Positions 7,799-15,246 of a stretch of 64,000 nt of DNA are shown here, piece after piece. The position numbers and the translations under genes are program-made. Numbering within the stretch: the stretch's first letter is position 1; every line of letters starts with the position of its first letter. The notes beneath the pieces were generated by a model, which did no database searches, had not been told where the DNA came from, and saw nothing but the letters and a program-made list of their open reading frames with translations. The stretch lies in IMG/VR virus record IMGVR_UViG_3300042691_019356, positions 7,318 through 71,317 of that record; one strand, given 5' to 3'. The stretch is from a virus.

Positions 7799-8907
7799 CC
7801 CCCCACCTCCGGCAGCGGCAGGGCGGGGGCGGAGAGCCAGTGGGTGTAGAACCTTGCATTCAGCCCACTGGTGCGATCTTCCAGATTCCAACGGCCATCG
7901 GCATTGAGGCAGCTGCTAAACCAGCACCGCCCCTCCGCATCGCAGTCCTCCGGCCCCGGCAGGCGCTCTGAAACAGGGATCGGCTGCGGGGCGGGGCGGC
8001 CCCAGTGCTGCAGGAGCGCATCTATCGCCGCATCCGCAATTTCGTCAAGCCGTAAATCGCTGTCAACGATGGGATCAAAGTCATCTTGATCCATCGTTCC
8101 GACACTCCACGCCTCCCATACACGAGTGCAGTCGTATGTGCTTGTACCAATCGCGCAAGCCACTGCGTCTTTAACCATTGTGCGGAGGCGCTCGGCCACC
8201 GGGATCGGCTGCGGGGCGTGGTGGCCGAAGTTGCGGCCAGCGTTGAATACAGCTCTTAGGCACTTGGCACGGTGCTCTTTTTCTGCTTCTGGGTTCTCTT
8301 CAAGCCATTCGTAGTAGGCGCTGGTAAATAAGAACTGAAGATCTTTTTCGCCATCATCATTGGCTAGTTCTTCTTGAGTTGGCAAATGCCCCGTTGAGTA
8401 GATTTCGTCCAGCTCCTCATCCGTCGGCCCCGCCGGCTGCTCGGCCAGGGCGGCGCGACACCCCATCAAAGCGTCGACCTGGCGGATCACATCATCGAGG
8501 GATGCACTCCAGTAGTCCTTGTGCATGGTTCTGGCTCTGGCGGCAGAATCCGGCGTGTCGGCCATAGCGACAACGCCGCAGGCAGCCAGTCGCAAACGCT
8601 CGCGCTCCAGTTCCGCCTGAAGCGCGGCTATGCGATCTTCCGCCGGCTGCTCGGCCAGGGCGGCGGCATTGAGCGCGGCAATCACGTCCTCAATGGGCTG
8701 CATTACGCCGTCTCTCAGGATGGCCGCACCGTCCTCGCAGATGCCTTCGGTCCAGATAGGGCGCTCCACCGGCTCGGGCTCGGCCAGGGCGGCGCGGGCG
8801 CGGTCTACCAGCAAATATGCGTCGGCGATGTCGGCCTCATCGCCGTAAGCAATCCAGTCTTCAAGCTCGTCAAGCAGCTCAGCGCATAGGGCACGAAAGT
8901 CGGTCAT
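7795..8907 (-). CDS. modular repeat protein with DUF551-like C-terminus (370 aa)
   Basis: Repeated ALAEQPA and APQPIPV(A/S)ERL modules. The C-terminal ERLPGPEDCDAEGRCWF...W pattern resembles the phage DUF551 family, recalled from memory. Confidence 0.55.
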   Translation of the reverse strand: MTDFRALCAELLDELEDWIAYGDEADIADAYLLVDRARAALAEPEPVERPIWTEGICEDGAAILRDGVMQPIEDVIAALNAAALAEQPAEDRIAALQAELERERLRLAACGVVAMADTPDSAARARTMHKDYWSASLDDVIRQVDALMGCRAALAEQPAGPTDEELDEIYSTGHLPTQEELANDDGEKDLQFLFTSAYYEWLEENPEAEKEHRAKCLRAVFNAGRNFGHHAPQPIPVAERLRTMVKDAVACAIGTSTYDCTRVWEAWSVGTMDQDDFDPIVDSDLRLDEIADAAIDALLQHWGRPAPQPIPVSERLPGPEDCDAEGRCWFSSCLNADGRWNLEDRTSGLNARFYTHWLSAPALPLPEVGG

Positions 8908-9122
8908 GGCGTGTCGGGGGTGGTGGGCATCAGGCTCAGGAAATCATCCTTGAAAGCAGGCCTAACCTGGCTCTCGATAAAAATCTTGTCGCCGAGCTGA
9001 TGCGTGAATACTGGGTATCCAAGTCGCTTTTCGATTTCTTTGTGCATAGCGGAAAAGGGGCAGATCAGAACCCCTGTGTAAGCGCTGATCACAATTGCTT
9101 GGTCTAGATCAAGTGGTTTCAT
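8904..9122 (-). CDS. hypothetical protein (72 aa), flanked by 24-bp direct repeats
   Basis: ATGA overlaps at both ends. Both its start and stop junctions lie inside identical 24-mers. Confidence 0.5.
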   Translation of the reverse strand: MKPLDLDQAIVISAYTGVLICPFSAMHKEIEKRLGYPVFTHQLGDKIFIESQVRPAFKDDFLSLMPTTPDTP

Positions 9123-9190
9123 GGCGTGTCGGGGGTGGTGGGTTCATGCTCGGCCAACAGGCGGCGGAGCAGGGTGGAGGCGGATGTCAT
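9119..9190 (-). CDS. possible 23-aa mini-ORF (MTSASTLLRRLLAEHEPTTPDTP)
   Basis: ATGA overlaps with both neighbours. It shares the C-terminal PTTPDTP with the next gene. It may be a remnant left by cassette insertion. Confidence 0.2.
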   Translation of the reverse strand: MTSASTLLRRLLAEHEPTTPDTP

Positions 9191-9432
9191 GCCACCCTCC
9201 TGCCGCGATAAGGGCTGCAAGTGCCGTAGCCGTAGCCGTAGCCGTTGCCGTTGCCGTAGCCGTAGCCGTGGCCGTTGCCGTAGCCGGAGCCGTAGCCGTT
9301 GCCGTTGCCGTTGCCGTAGCTGTAGCCGTCGCCGTAGCCGGAGCCGCTGCCGTAGCCGGAGCCGGAGCCGTAGCCGTAGCCGTGGCCGTTGCCGGAGCCG
9401 TAGCCGTGGCCGTCGCCGATTGGCCCAAACAT
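9187..9432 (-). CDS. Gly/Tyr-rich low-complexity protein (81 aa)
   Basis: This frame was chosen among six open frames because its ATG overlaps the upstream stop (TGATG) and its stop overlaps the next ATG (ATGA). The sequence is (GYG/GSG/GNG)n. Confidence 0.5.
   Translation of the reverse strand: MFGPIGDGHGYGSGNGHGYGYGSGSGYGSGSGYGDGYSYGNGNGNGYGSGYGNGHGYGYGNGNGYGYGYGTCSPYRGRRVA
9223..9417. repeat. about 32 tandem hexamers, plus-strand consensus GCCGTA
   Basis: Direct reading shows gccgtagccgtagccgttgccgtt and so on. All six reading frames are open across the stretch. Confidence 0.9.
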
Positions 9433-9791
9433 CAGTCCAGCCCCCAGCCATCACCCACGGGCACAGAGAAAATTTCGGCGCCAGCAGGAATTTCAACATC
9501 AGACATCGGGCGGATGTCTGCATTACTGGGGTCTTCGATTACCTTCGCGAAGCCGCAGGATTCCCAGCGGAATACCCAAACAGCGCGAGATAGGCGAATA
9601 CGACCATTTTCACGAGTGACGTCACCCGCAAAGATCCAGCCGCGATCAACAACCACAACAGCACGGTTGCCGTTGGGCTGCAGAGCGGGAACGGAATCGG
9701 CGCGAACGTAGTCAACGCCGTTGATGGTGATGGTTTCAGTCATTTGGTTAGTGTGTTGTTGGTGATTGTGGAGAAGGGTGGGGTCAGCCAT
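9432..9791 (-). CDS. hypothetical protein (119 aa)
   Basis: Its start lies in an ATGGCTGA junction with the upstream stop. Confidence 0.5.
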   Translation of the reverse strand: MADPTLLHNHQQHTNQMTETITINGVDYVRADSVPALQPNGNRAVVVVDRGWIFAGDVTRENGRIRLSRAVWVFRWESCGFAKVIEDPSNADIRPMSDVEIPAGAEIFSVPVGDGWGLD

Positions 9792-9996
9792 CGGCCTGCT
9801 TCAGCTCGGCGGCGATGGCGAGGAGGTCAGCGCGGATTTCATTGTTCCGGCGTGATCCATTTGCCGGCACCACCTGATCCGCAGCGGCGTGGAGGGCGGC
9901 AGCGATGCGCTCACGACATACGCGGTCCCTCTGGATCACCTCATTGCTCGTGAACGCAGCCATGACTGCCTGCGCTGCGGGGGAGAGGTCAGCCAT
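9784..9996 (-). CDS. hypothetical Ala-rich protein (70 aa)
   Basis: The internal ATG at 9996 is preceded by GAGGAGG and sits in a second ATGGCTGA junction. Confidence 0.45.
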   Translation of the reverse strand: MADLSPAAQAVMAAFTSNEVIQRDRVCRERIAAALHAAADQVVPANGSRRNNEIRADLLAIAAELKQADG

Positions 9997-10090
9997 GGCG
10001 CTCCACCTCCTCACGGATGATGTCGGCCCAGCCAATAGCTGCGGGGTTGCGTTGCTTAGACGTGGTACGGTGTTGTGATTGGTTTTCCAT
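9989..10090 (-). CDS. possible 33-aa mini-ORF
   Basis: ATG 10090 overlaps the upstream stop as TGATG. This is the only part of ORF 9989..10237 not overlapping the better ORF. Confidence 0.25.
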   Translation of the reverse strand: MENQSQHRTTSKQRNPAAIGWADIIREEVERHG

Positions 10091-10434
10091 CAGAATCCAA
10101 GGTTGTGTGCAATTCGACCAAAGAACCTGCGGAGCCTTGTAAATGCGGGACGTGGAACCCAGCCACTCAAATTGGCATCGCACGGATACTTGGGGAAACT
10201 GCGCTGAATAACGCAATAACGGCCAGTCAACATACACTTATATGTGCGTGGATCGTCAAAGCTCTCACGAATGCAGTGGCCGCAACTATGGCAGTTCCTG
10301 ATTACCTGAGAGGCTGCCGGCCTGAACTTTTCTTCAATGAAGACGACATTGCTGTTTTGTTCTGCCATTGCGTATGGAATGTAAAGGTTTGGACCTTGAT
10401 TGGGCTTCAGAAGGTTGCTAATGGTTTTAATCAT
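10090..10434 (-). CDS. Cys-rich protein (114 aa)
   Basis: ATGA overlap with the thyX stop. Contains CHSCGHC plus further Cys residues. Confidence 0.5.
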   Translation of the reverse strand: MIKTISNLLKPNQGPNLYIPYAMAEQNSNVVFIEEKFRPAASQVIRNCHSCGHCIRESFDDPRTYKCMLTGRYCVIQRSFPKYPCDANLSGWVPRPAFTRLRRFFGRIAHNLGF

Positions 10435-11063
10435 GTTTCGGTAGTAAAAGCTGCTTCGCCAATCTCAGGGAATGTATCACGGAAAATATCCCTGCATTCT
10501 TTGGCGATTTCCCTGTGCTCAAGCTGTGTGCCTGGATCGGTCCTGAGTTGAATGTAATGAATCCAGCTCCTGAGCGTACCGTGCATATACAGCGTTGTTG
10601 GAGTAGCCAGCGGAAGAATGCGGCGAGCACATTCTTTTGCAATACCAGCTTCCAGCATTCCCTCGTACAACCTGTAGGATTCAGTAAATAAACCCCCTAT
10701 TGCATCCGAGAAAAGCTCATGAAGCTCGATTGGAATATCGTCAATACTATTTTGACGATTCTTCAAATCTTGACGACGCAAGCTCAATGAAGAAGCCTGC
10801 TGAGTTACTGCATAACGTGTTGAAAACTCCTGAAACGAAAATGAACGGTGTCGGAGGATTTGCGCAGCAATATCGCGCTCTGTTTCGATCTTGACGCACA
10901 GGCTTGCCATTTCAAATGGACTCCAGTGCTTATGAGCAATCAGGTAGCGCAGCAGCCTAGGGGCTGTATCGTAATTTCCCTGATTGGATGGATTGCTGAC
11001 ACGAGCCATGTCAACAATCAAGCGCTCTGCATTTGGTGTGCAGTGAACAAAAGAAACCTGCAT
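10431..11063 (-). CDS. thyX: flavin-dependent thymidylate synthase ThyX
   Basis: ThyX signature RHRSFSFQEFSTRY and typical length. ATG 11063 follows the upstream stop at 11068. Confidence 0.85.
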   Translation of the reverse strand: MQVSFVHCTPNAERLIVDMARVSNPSNQGNYDTAPRLLRYLIAHKHWSPFEMASLCVKIETERDIAAQILRHRSFSFQEFSTRYAVTQQASSLSLRRQDLKNRQNSIDDIPIELHELFSDAIGGLFTESYRLYEGMLEAGIAKECARRILPLATPTTLYMHGTLRSWIHYIQLRTDPGTQLEHREIAKECRDIFRDTFPEIGEAAFTTET

Positions 11064-11067
11064 GTTC

Positions 11068-11277
11068 TCAGAGTCCGAGTGTTTTTGCTTGCTCCCAAGG
11101 CATTCCAAGCATGATGGAAATTGCCTCTTGCTGACGCCAATAACGCTTTCGTGCTTCGGCGTAAGTAGGATGATCTTCCACTACGGCGCCATCAAACATT
11201 GCACGGCGCAGGGCGCAATCAATCGGGTTCTTGTGGATTGGGTTCATCGTTGATGTCAGGATCAGGTTGAAAGCCAT
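11068..11277 (-). CDS. hypothetical protein (69 aa or shorter)
   Basis: ORF in the train. It overlaps the upstream ORF by 29-59 nt, so the start is uncertain. Confidence 0.35.
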   Translation of the reverse strand: MAFNLILTSTMNPIHKNPIDCALRRAMFDGAVVEDHPTYAEARKRYWRQQEAISIMLGMPWEQAKTLGL

Positions 11278-11458
11278 AGCCTAGCATTCGATCTACAACA
11301 CTATTCAGCCATTCCGTAAATTGCGCTTCAACGCGTGCCATTGAGGCATCATTGATATTGTTCGGATGCCGAAGCATATAGATCGCCAGGCCAAGCGCAT
11401 TGCCCAGCCTATCCTCAAGCAATGCCTGTTTGAACGGGCCGGGCTGATCTTTTTTCAC
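11219..11458 (-). CDS. hypothetical protein (79 aa)
   Basis: ATGA-type junction with the stop of 11455..11823. Confidence 0.4.
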   Translation of the reverse strand: MKKDQPGPFKQALLEDRLGNALGLAIYMLRHPNNINDASMARVEAQFTEWLNSVVDRMLGYGFQPDPDINDEPNPQEPD

Positions 11459-11823
11459 TTGGCTGCCTCACGCTCAGCCCTGCGCTGTGCGATGTATTCA
11501 TCGACCCGACGCTTTTGCTCCAGTCGAGCCTGACGCTTGGGATAGGGATTGCAGTCGGATGAATTATTGGCAAAAAACCAAGCCACGTACTCGATTTCGT
11601 TTTCGGGGAAGGGGCGACCCATTTCTTCCCAGTCATTCTCATGGATGCCATCAGGCGAATAAGAGCCGCCTTCATCGCCATCCCAGCCTGCGTCATAGCG
11701 AGCGGTGCTGATGCGATCTTCCTCAGCCATGGCAGCTTCGACCTTGGGAAGATGGTCGTACCAGTTGGGATGAATCTGCAGCATGTGCAGATTGTGCTCA
11801 ACAGTCGGAGAAACTTGAGTCAT
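11455..11823 (-). CDS. hypothetical protein (122 aa)
   Basis: Clean ORF downstream of an extended -10 promoter candidate. Confidence 0.5.
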   Translation of the reverse strand: MTQVSPTVEHNLHMLQIHPNWYDHLPKVEAAMAEEDRISTARYDAGWDGDEGGSYSPDGIHENDWEEMGRPFPENEIEYVAWFFANNSSDCNPYPKRQARLEQKRRVDEYIAQRRAEREAAK

Positions 11824-11894
11824 GCGATTTGTAATGCTGTAGTGTTTTTTACCAGTTGGCGGCGGCTAGGGCTGCAACCCTCGCCTTCCCCAGA

Positions 11895-11923
11895 ATCATA
11901 CCATCAATCCTGCGTGCAAGCAA
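11895..11923 (-). promoter_or_regulatory. extended -10 promoter candidate (TTGCTT-N17-TGgTATGAT)
   Basis: The minus strand reads TTGCTT (11923..11918), a 17-nt spacer ending in TGG, then TATGAT (11900..11895). Confidence 0.3.
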
Positions 11924-11937
11924 CCCATTGACAAGGA

Positions 11938-12186
11938 TCACGAGCATCCCTGCCAGTGGGAGCCACCAGCTCGCTCACCAGTCTTCATGGCCTCATGGAT
12001 CCGACGCCTGGAGACGTAGTGCCTGCGGGCAGCGGCTGCAACGGATTCATAGATCAGACCACCCTCAACGCATCGGACCCTGCGCTTTTTCGGTTTTCTA
12101 TTTGTGTAATTATTCGCAATAAAAGCGGCAAGCTCCTCGTCTTCAAGCAAGATGACAAGATCCTGGTGCTTCCTGCCAGCAATCAT
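11938..12186 (-). CDS. small HTH DNA-binding protein (82 aa)
   Basis: The C-terminal segment LIYESVAAAARRHYVSRRRIHEAMKTG resembles NUMOD1 / sigma region 4 type HTH modules. Confidence 0.45.
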   Translation of the reverse strand: MIAGRKHQDLVILLEDEELAAFIANNYTNRKPKKRRVRCVEGGLIYESVAAAARRHYVSRRRIHEAMKTGERAGGSHWQGCS

Positions 12187-12212
12187 TTCTGGATGCTCCC
12201 TGGCAAACTTGA

Positions 12213-12542
12213 CTATATCCTTCGCTTAACGTAGTACCAGTGATTTCTTGTATCACCAACCCTGACAACCGGCAGAAGCCCAGCATCCGACCACTTGATC
12301 AGAGTTTGCTTTGAAATATCTAAAAGTCTTCTGACATCTGTTGACCTAATCCATTGGCCAACTGCAATGCGACTAAGACCAAGCCTGCTGATCTTGTCTT
12401 GAAGTGAGCCGCGACTTCTCAGGGGAAACCCATTTTTGCCGGCCCACGAATTGTAGTTATGACAAATAAGCTGAAAGGGAACATCACCCAGAATCTTTTC
12501 CAGGTGATCCACCTCTTCCTGGCTCCAGCGAGACAGTGGCAT
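12213..12542 (-). CDS. MerR/excisionase-type HTH protein (109 aa)
   Basis: The C-terminal segment WIRSTDVRRLLDISKQTLIKWSDAGLLPVVRVG resembles the excisionase-family HTH. Confidence 0.45.
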   Translation of the reverse strand: MPLSRWSQEEVDHLEKILGDVPFQLICHNYNSWAGKNGFPLRSRGSLQDKISRLGLSRIAVGQWIRSTDVRRLLDISKQTLIKWSDAGLLPVVRVGDTRNHWYYVKRRI

Positions 12543-12547
12543 TGTTA

Positions 12548-12805
12548 TTATTTCAATCCAAGTGCAATAGCCTGTTCGCCCTCAATAACATGAGTTCGAT
12601 CGGGATCTGCGTTTGGATAACGCTTGATCGCAAAGCGTTTAGCCTCTGCCCTTGATGCTGCTCTGATTGTTTCGTACATTGGGCGCTCGCCACTCGTGAA
12701 AACAACGCGAACAGGAAATAGCTTTGTCCCTGGTTTCGTGTTCCTAATCACTCCCTCCCACTGCCTGCTATCAGTGGTGTCGCCTCGCGTCGGTGACAGA
12801 TTCAA
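12548..12805 (-). CDS. hypothetical protein (85 aa), TTG start
   Basis: TTG start preceded by a GGAGGAGG Shine-Dalgarno. Confidence 0.45.
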   Translation of the reverse strand: MNLSPTRGDTTDSRQWEGVIRNTKPGTKLFPVRVVFTSGERPMYETIRAASRAEAKRFAIKRYPNADPDRTHVIEGEQAIALGLK

Positions 12806-12985
12806 TCAATCCTCCTCCGTGTTATCGGAATAAATGACTCTCCCTTTGTAGCGCGCAATCTCCTTCAGGTCAACCCAGAAGGGAGCTTCCTGATTGGGAA
12901 GATCGAGAAGCCCCTGCTTTATACCATCTTTTGTGCGCGTGTCAAGGACCCTGCAAATTCCCCAACCAGGAATCTTAAGTGTCAT
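12806..12985 (-). CDS. hypothetical protein (59 aa, below the ORF-track cutoff)
   Basis: Hand translation gives MTLKIPGWGICRVLDTRTKDG...NTEED. It fills the gap between mazG and 12548..12805. Confidence 0.4.
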   Translation of the reverse strand: MTLKIPGWGICRVLDTRTKDGIKQGLLDLPNQEAPFWVDLKEIARYKGRVIYSDNTEED

Positions 12986-13013
12986 TTCCTAACATGCGAC
13001 GCAGGTAAGTCTA

Positions 13014-13448
13014 TCAAGCAATGTCAGACAGATCGGGTGGCTGATAATTTGGGCCTTTCATGACCTTGCCCTTCTCGTTATAGATCGGCTTCCCATTTTC
13101 GTCAAGCTTGCTCATATTTGACGTGAACACTCGATCCATCGCTTCGTCAAGATTCATGCCAAGATAGGCAGCAAGCTGGTAAATGACAAAAACACTATCT
13201 GCCATCTCCTTCAATAGCTCTTGCCTTGCTTTCTTGATCTCCTCAACCGTTGCATTGTCGTAATCAGTATGCTGAACGATTGTTTCAATTAGATCCCAGG
13301 CAGCACCATGTAACTCGCCAAACTCCTCGTCAATCAATGAAAGTTGAAATTCAACCTTTGGGCAATTCGGGATTTGTTCACGAGATTCGGATACCGGATG
13401 ACCAAATGCAATGCGCCAATCAATCGCTTGCTGAATAAGACGTGACAT
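13014..13448 (-). CDS. MazG-like nucleotide pyrophosphohydrolase
   Basis: All-alpha NTP-PPase motifs LIDEEFGEL and KEMADSVFV, with typical length (144 aa). Confidence 0.65.
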   Translation of the reverse strand: MSRLIQQAIDWRIAFGHPVSESREQIPNCPKVEFQLSLIDEEFGELHGAAWDLIETIVQHTDYDNATVEEIKKARQELLKEMADSVFVIYQLAAYLGMNLDEAMDRVFTSNMSKLDENGKPIYNEKGKVMKGPNYQPPDLSDIA

Positions 13449-13454
13449 CGTAGA

Positions 13455-13482
13455 TAAAAGAAAAGCCCCGTTTTACCGGGGC
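13455..13482 (-). terminator. intrinsic terminator
   Basis: The minus strand reads GCCCCG-GTAAAA-CGGGGC followed by TTTTCTTTTAT, just after the stop at 13504. Confidence 0.6.
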
Positions 13483-13503
13483 GGTTGAAGTTGTGATGAT
13501 GGA

Positions 13504-14049
13504 TCAAAGATCCAGGTCGTCCTGCTCGGCGTCCTCTTCACCTTCGGCGGGGACGTAAGCGATGATGGTGATCTTGCCTTCAACAGCATCGACACGCACC
13601 TTGCTGCCAGGGGCAAAGGCAGCAACAGAGCTGTAGCGGTTGCCGACCACAATGTTGCCGTTGCCGCCAACAGTCACCACGGGAGCGCGGTTGGTGCGAC
13701 GGGAGTAGGCGCGGGTCGGGGGCGCAAACTCAACGCCCGACTGAGCCTTGAGCATGGCAGCCATGAAGTCACTGGTCAGGGTGACGGTGCGGCTTTCACC
13801 AGTTTCACGATTGGTGGTTTCGCGCCAGTAACCACATTCCTTGGCAACCTCGTCAATGGGCTTGCCGGCCATGGAAGCGCTCTTTTCGAGCAGTGCCTTG
13901 CCTTGAAGTTGCTCGCCCTTGACGATGATGTTCTTGGTTTCCTTGGTTTCGGGGGCGGCGGGAGCTTGAGTCACGGTTTCGGTTTCGGTTTGGGATGGGA
14001 CTTGGACTTGAGACTCGCTGGGCGAGGTCTCGGTTCTACGTCGTGGCAC
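13504..14049 (-). CDS. cyanobacterial-type AbrB (cyAbrB-like) transcriptional regulator
   Basis: N-terminal LQGKALLEK...AKECGY and a C-terminal AbrB/SpoVT-like segment NGNIVVGNRY...PGSKVRVD..GKITI, followed by an acidic tail. A GTG start at 14049 is proposed because no ATG precedes the conserved N-terminus. Confidence 0.55.
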   Translation of the reverse strand: MPRRRTETSPSESQVQVPSQTETETVTQAPAAPETKETKNIIVKGEQLQGKALLEKSASMAGKPIDEVAKECGYWRETTNRETGESRTVTLTSDFMAAMLKAQSGVEFAPPTRAYSRRTNRAPVVTVGGNGNIVVGNRYSSVAAFAPGSKVRVDAVEGKITIIAYVPAEGEEDAEQDDLDL

Positions 14050-14117
14050 CTTGCGGTTCGCGTATCGACCAGCCAATGGTAGCACCACGATCGGGAACGT
14101 GCAAGCATCCGAACGGA

Positions 14118-14561
14118 CTATTTCTGTGGTGGCCACCAGGGACGCAGATAAAGGAATGTCACAGGCTCTGGAGACGGCTGCCAGTAGCTGATGTGCAGGG
14201 GCAGGCGCGAGCAACGGTCATCGCGCATCACGCCAGCTTTCACGGCAGCGTCAAGCACAGCACCTTCCAGGTTGTCAACGTCTGATCTTGCATGTCCGTG
14301 GAACTCGATCGAGAACAAGGCGTGTTCCAGGGGCTCCCTGCCTCCCCACTGGTCCGCCAGAGACTCCCTGGCGTCACTCAGCCACTGGCGGTAGCGAGGA
14401 GAGGTGAAGCTCCTCCCACGACCCTGCCTGGGCCTCTCCTTCGGCTGCAGTGGAAGCCCAAGGCGCAAGGTCTCCCAGCTCGTCGTCCCATTCGGCCCCG
14501 GCTGATTCAGGATCCAGATCAGATACTCCGGCCCCATCCCGCCCGGTATCAAGGGACGCAT
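14118..14561 (-). CDS. rusA: RusA-family Holliday junction resolvase
   Basis: The pattern PKERPR...RSDVDNLEGAVLDAAVKAGVMRDDRCS fits RusA. The start is uncertain (14576 TTG, 14561 ATG or 14537 ATG). It overlaps the upstream ORF out of frame. Confidence 0.5.
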   Translation of the reverse strand: MRPLIPGGMGPEYLIWILNQPGPNGTTSWETLRLGLPLQPKERPRQGRGRSFTSPRYRQWLSDARESLADQWGGREPLEHALFSIEFHGHARSDVDNLEGAVLDAAVKAGVMRDDRCSRLPLHISYWQPSPEPVTFLYLRPWWPPQK

Positions 14562-15246
14562 TCTTGCAGCATTCAAGCAATCTATAGATTAGCACCCTCG
14601 TCTTGCCTTTCCCCAGTCTTTCAAATAAAATATCCGCCATCTCATGTACTTGATGGTTGGTTGGATTGCGAAATATCTTAATTGGTTTCAGGACTCGCTT
14701 CTTTTCTGCAAACCCTTCCTCAAAGTAGCATTGCTCTATATTTGCATACTTTCTGCCAGCACCAATTTGCTGCAGCAGCTCTGGATGATTCTGATAAATA
14801 AACCTTGCAACACCAAATAGCCACATTTTTTTGCGGCTATTGATGTTTCTTTTTTTTGCGATTGACTTGGCAAGTCGTCTGTATTGAAATAATTCTTCCG
14901 GGAACTCAAAGCAAGGATCTTGCGTCCTTAGCCAATCAATAAATTGATAGCCATACCGATTGCTATTGTTTTCCTTGTATGCTGCTTGTGAAACTGCACA
15001 AAGAAAAGTGCTAAGATCCTTGACGCCAAGACCGTAATGAACATTGTGTATAAAATCTTTAATGCCGCGTAGTTTGGCTGGTTTGTTCTTTAGCGTCTTG
15101 TATCCAAGGTGAACCTCGGCCTCTGCAATGCGCAGCATGTCAGAGAAAAAAATCTCTGAAGCCTGGCCAGCCATGACAGTTCCAAGGTGCAACCTTGCGC
15201 TTTCTACAAGCATTGCACCGTAAAACGGGTCGTCCTTACTTATCAT
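14374..15246 (-). CDS. hypothetical protein (290 aa)
   Basis: Long AT-rich ORF. Its last 60 or so codons run into the GC-rich rusA region. Confidence 0.5.
   Translation of the reverse strand: MISKDDPFYGAMLVESARLHLGTVMAGQASEIFFSDMLRIAEAEVHLGYKTLKNKPAKLRGIKDFIHNVHYGLGVKDLSTFLCAVSQAAYKENNSNRYGYQFIDWLRTQDPCFEFPEELFQYRRLAKSIAKKRNINSRKKMWLFGVARFIYQNHPELLQQIGAGRKYANIEQCYFEEGFAEKKRVLKPIKIFRNPTNHQVHEMADILFERLGKGKTRVLIYRLLECCKNASLDTGRDGAGVSDLDPESAGAEWDDELGDLAPWASTAAEGEAQAGSWEELHLSSLPPVAE

Noticed and set aside
9119-9711. Five alternative long ORFs across the hexamer repeat (Arg/Leu-rich, Ala/Thr-rich, and plus-strand Ala/Val- and Arg/Ser/Cys-rich)
   Set aside because: All six frames are open because of the GCCGTA repeat. 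Only the Gly/Tyr frame has coupled start and stop junctions with its neighbours.
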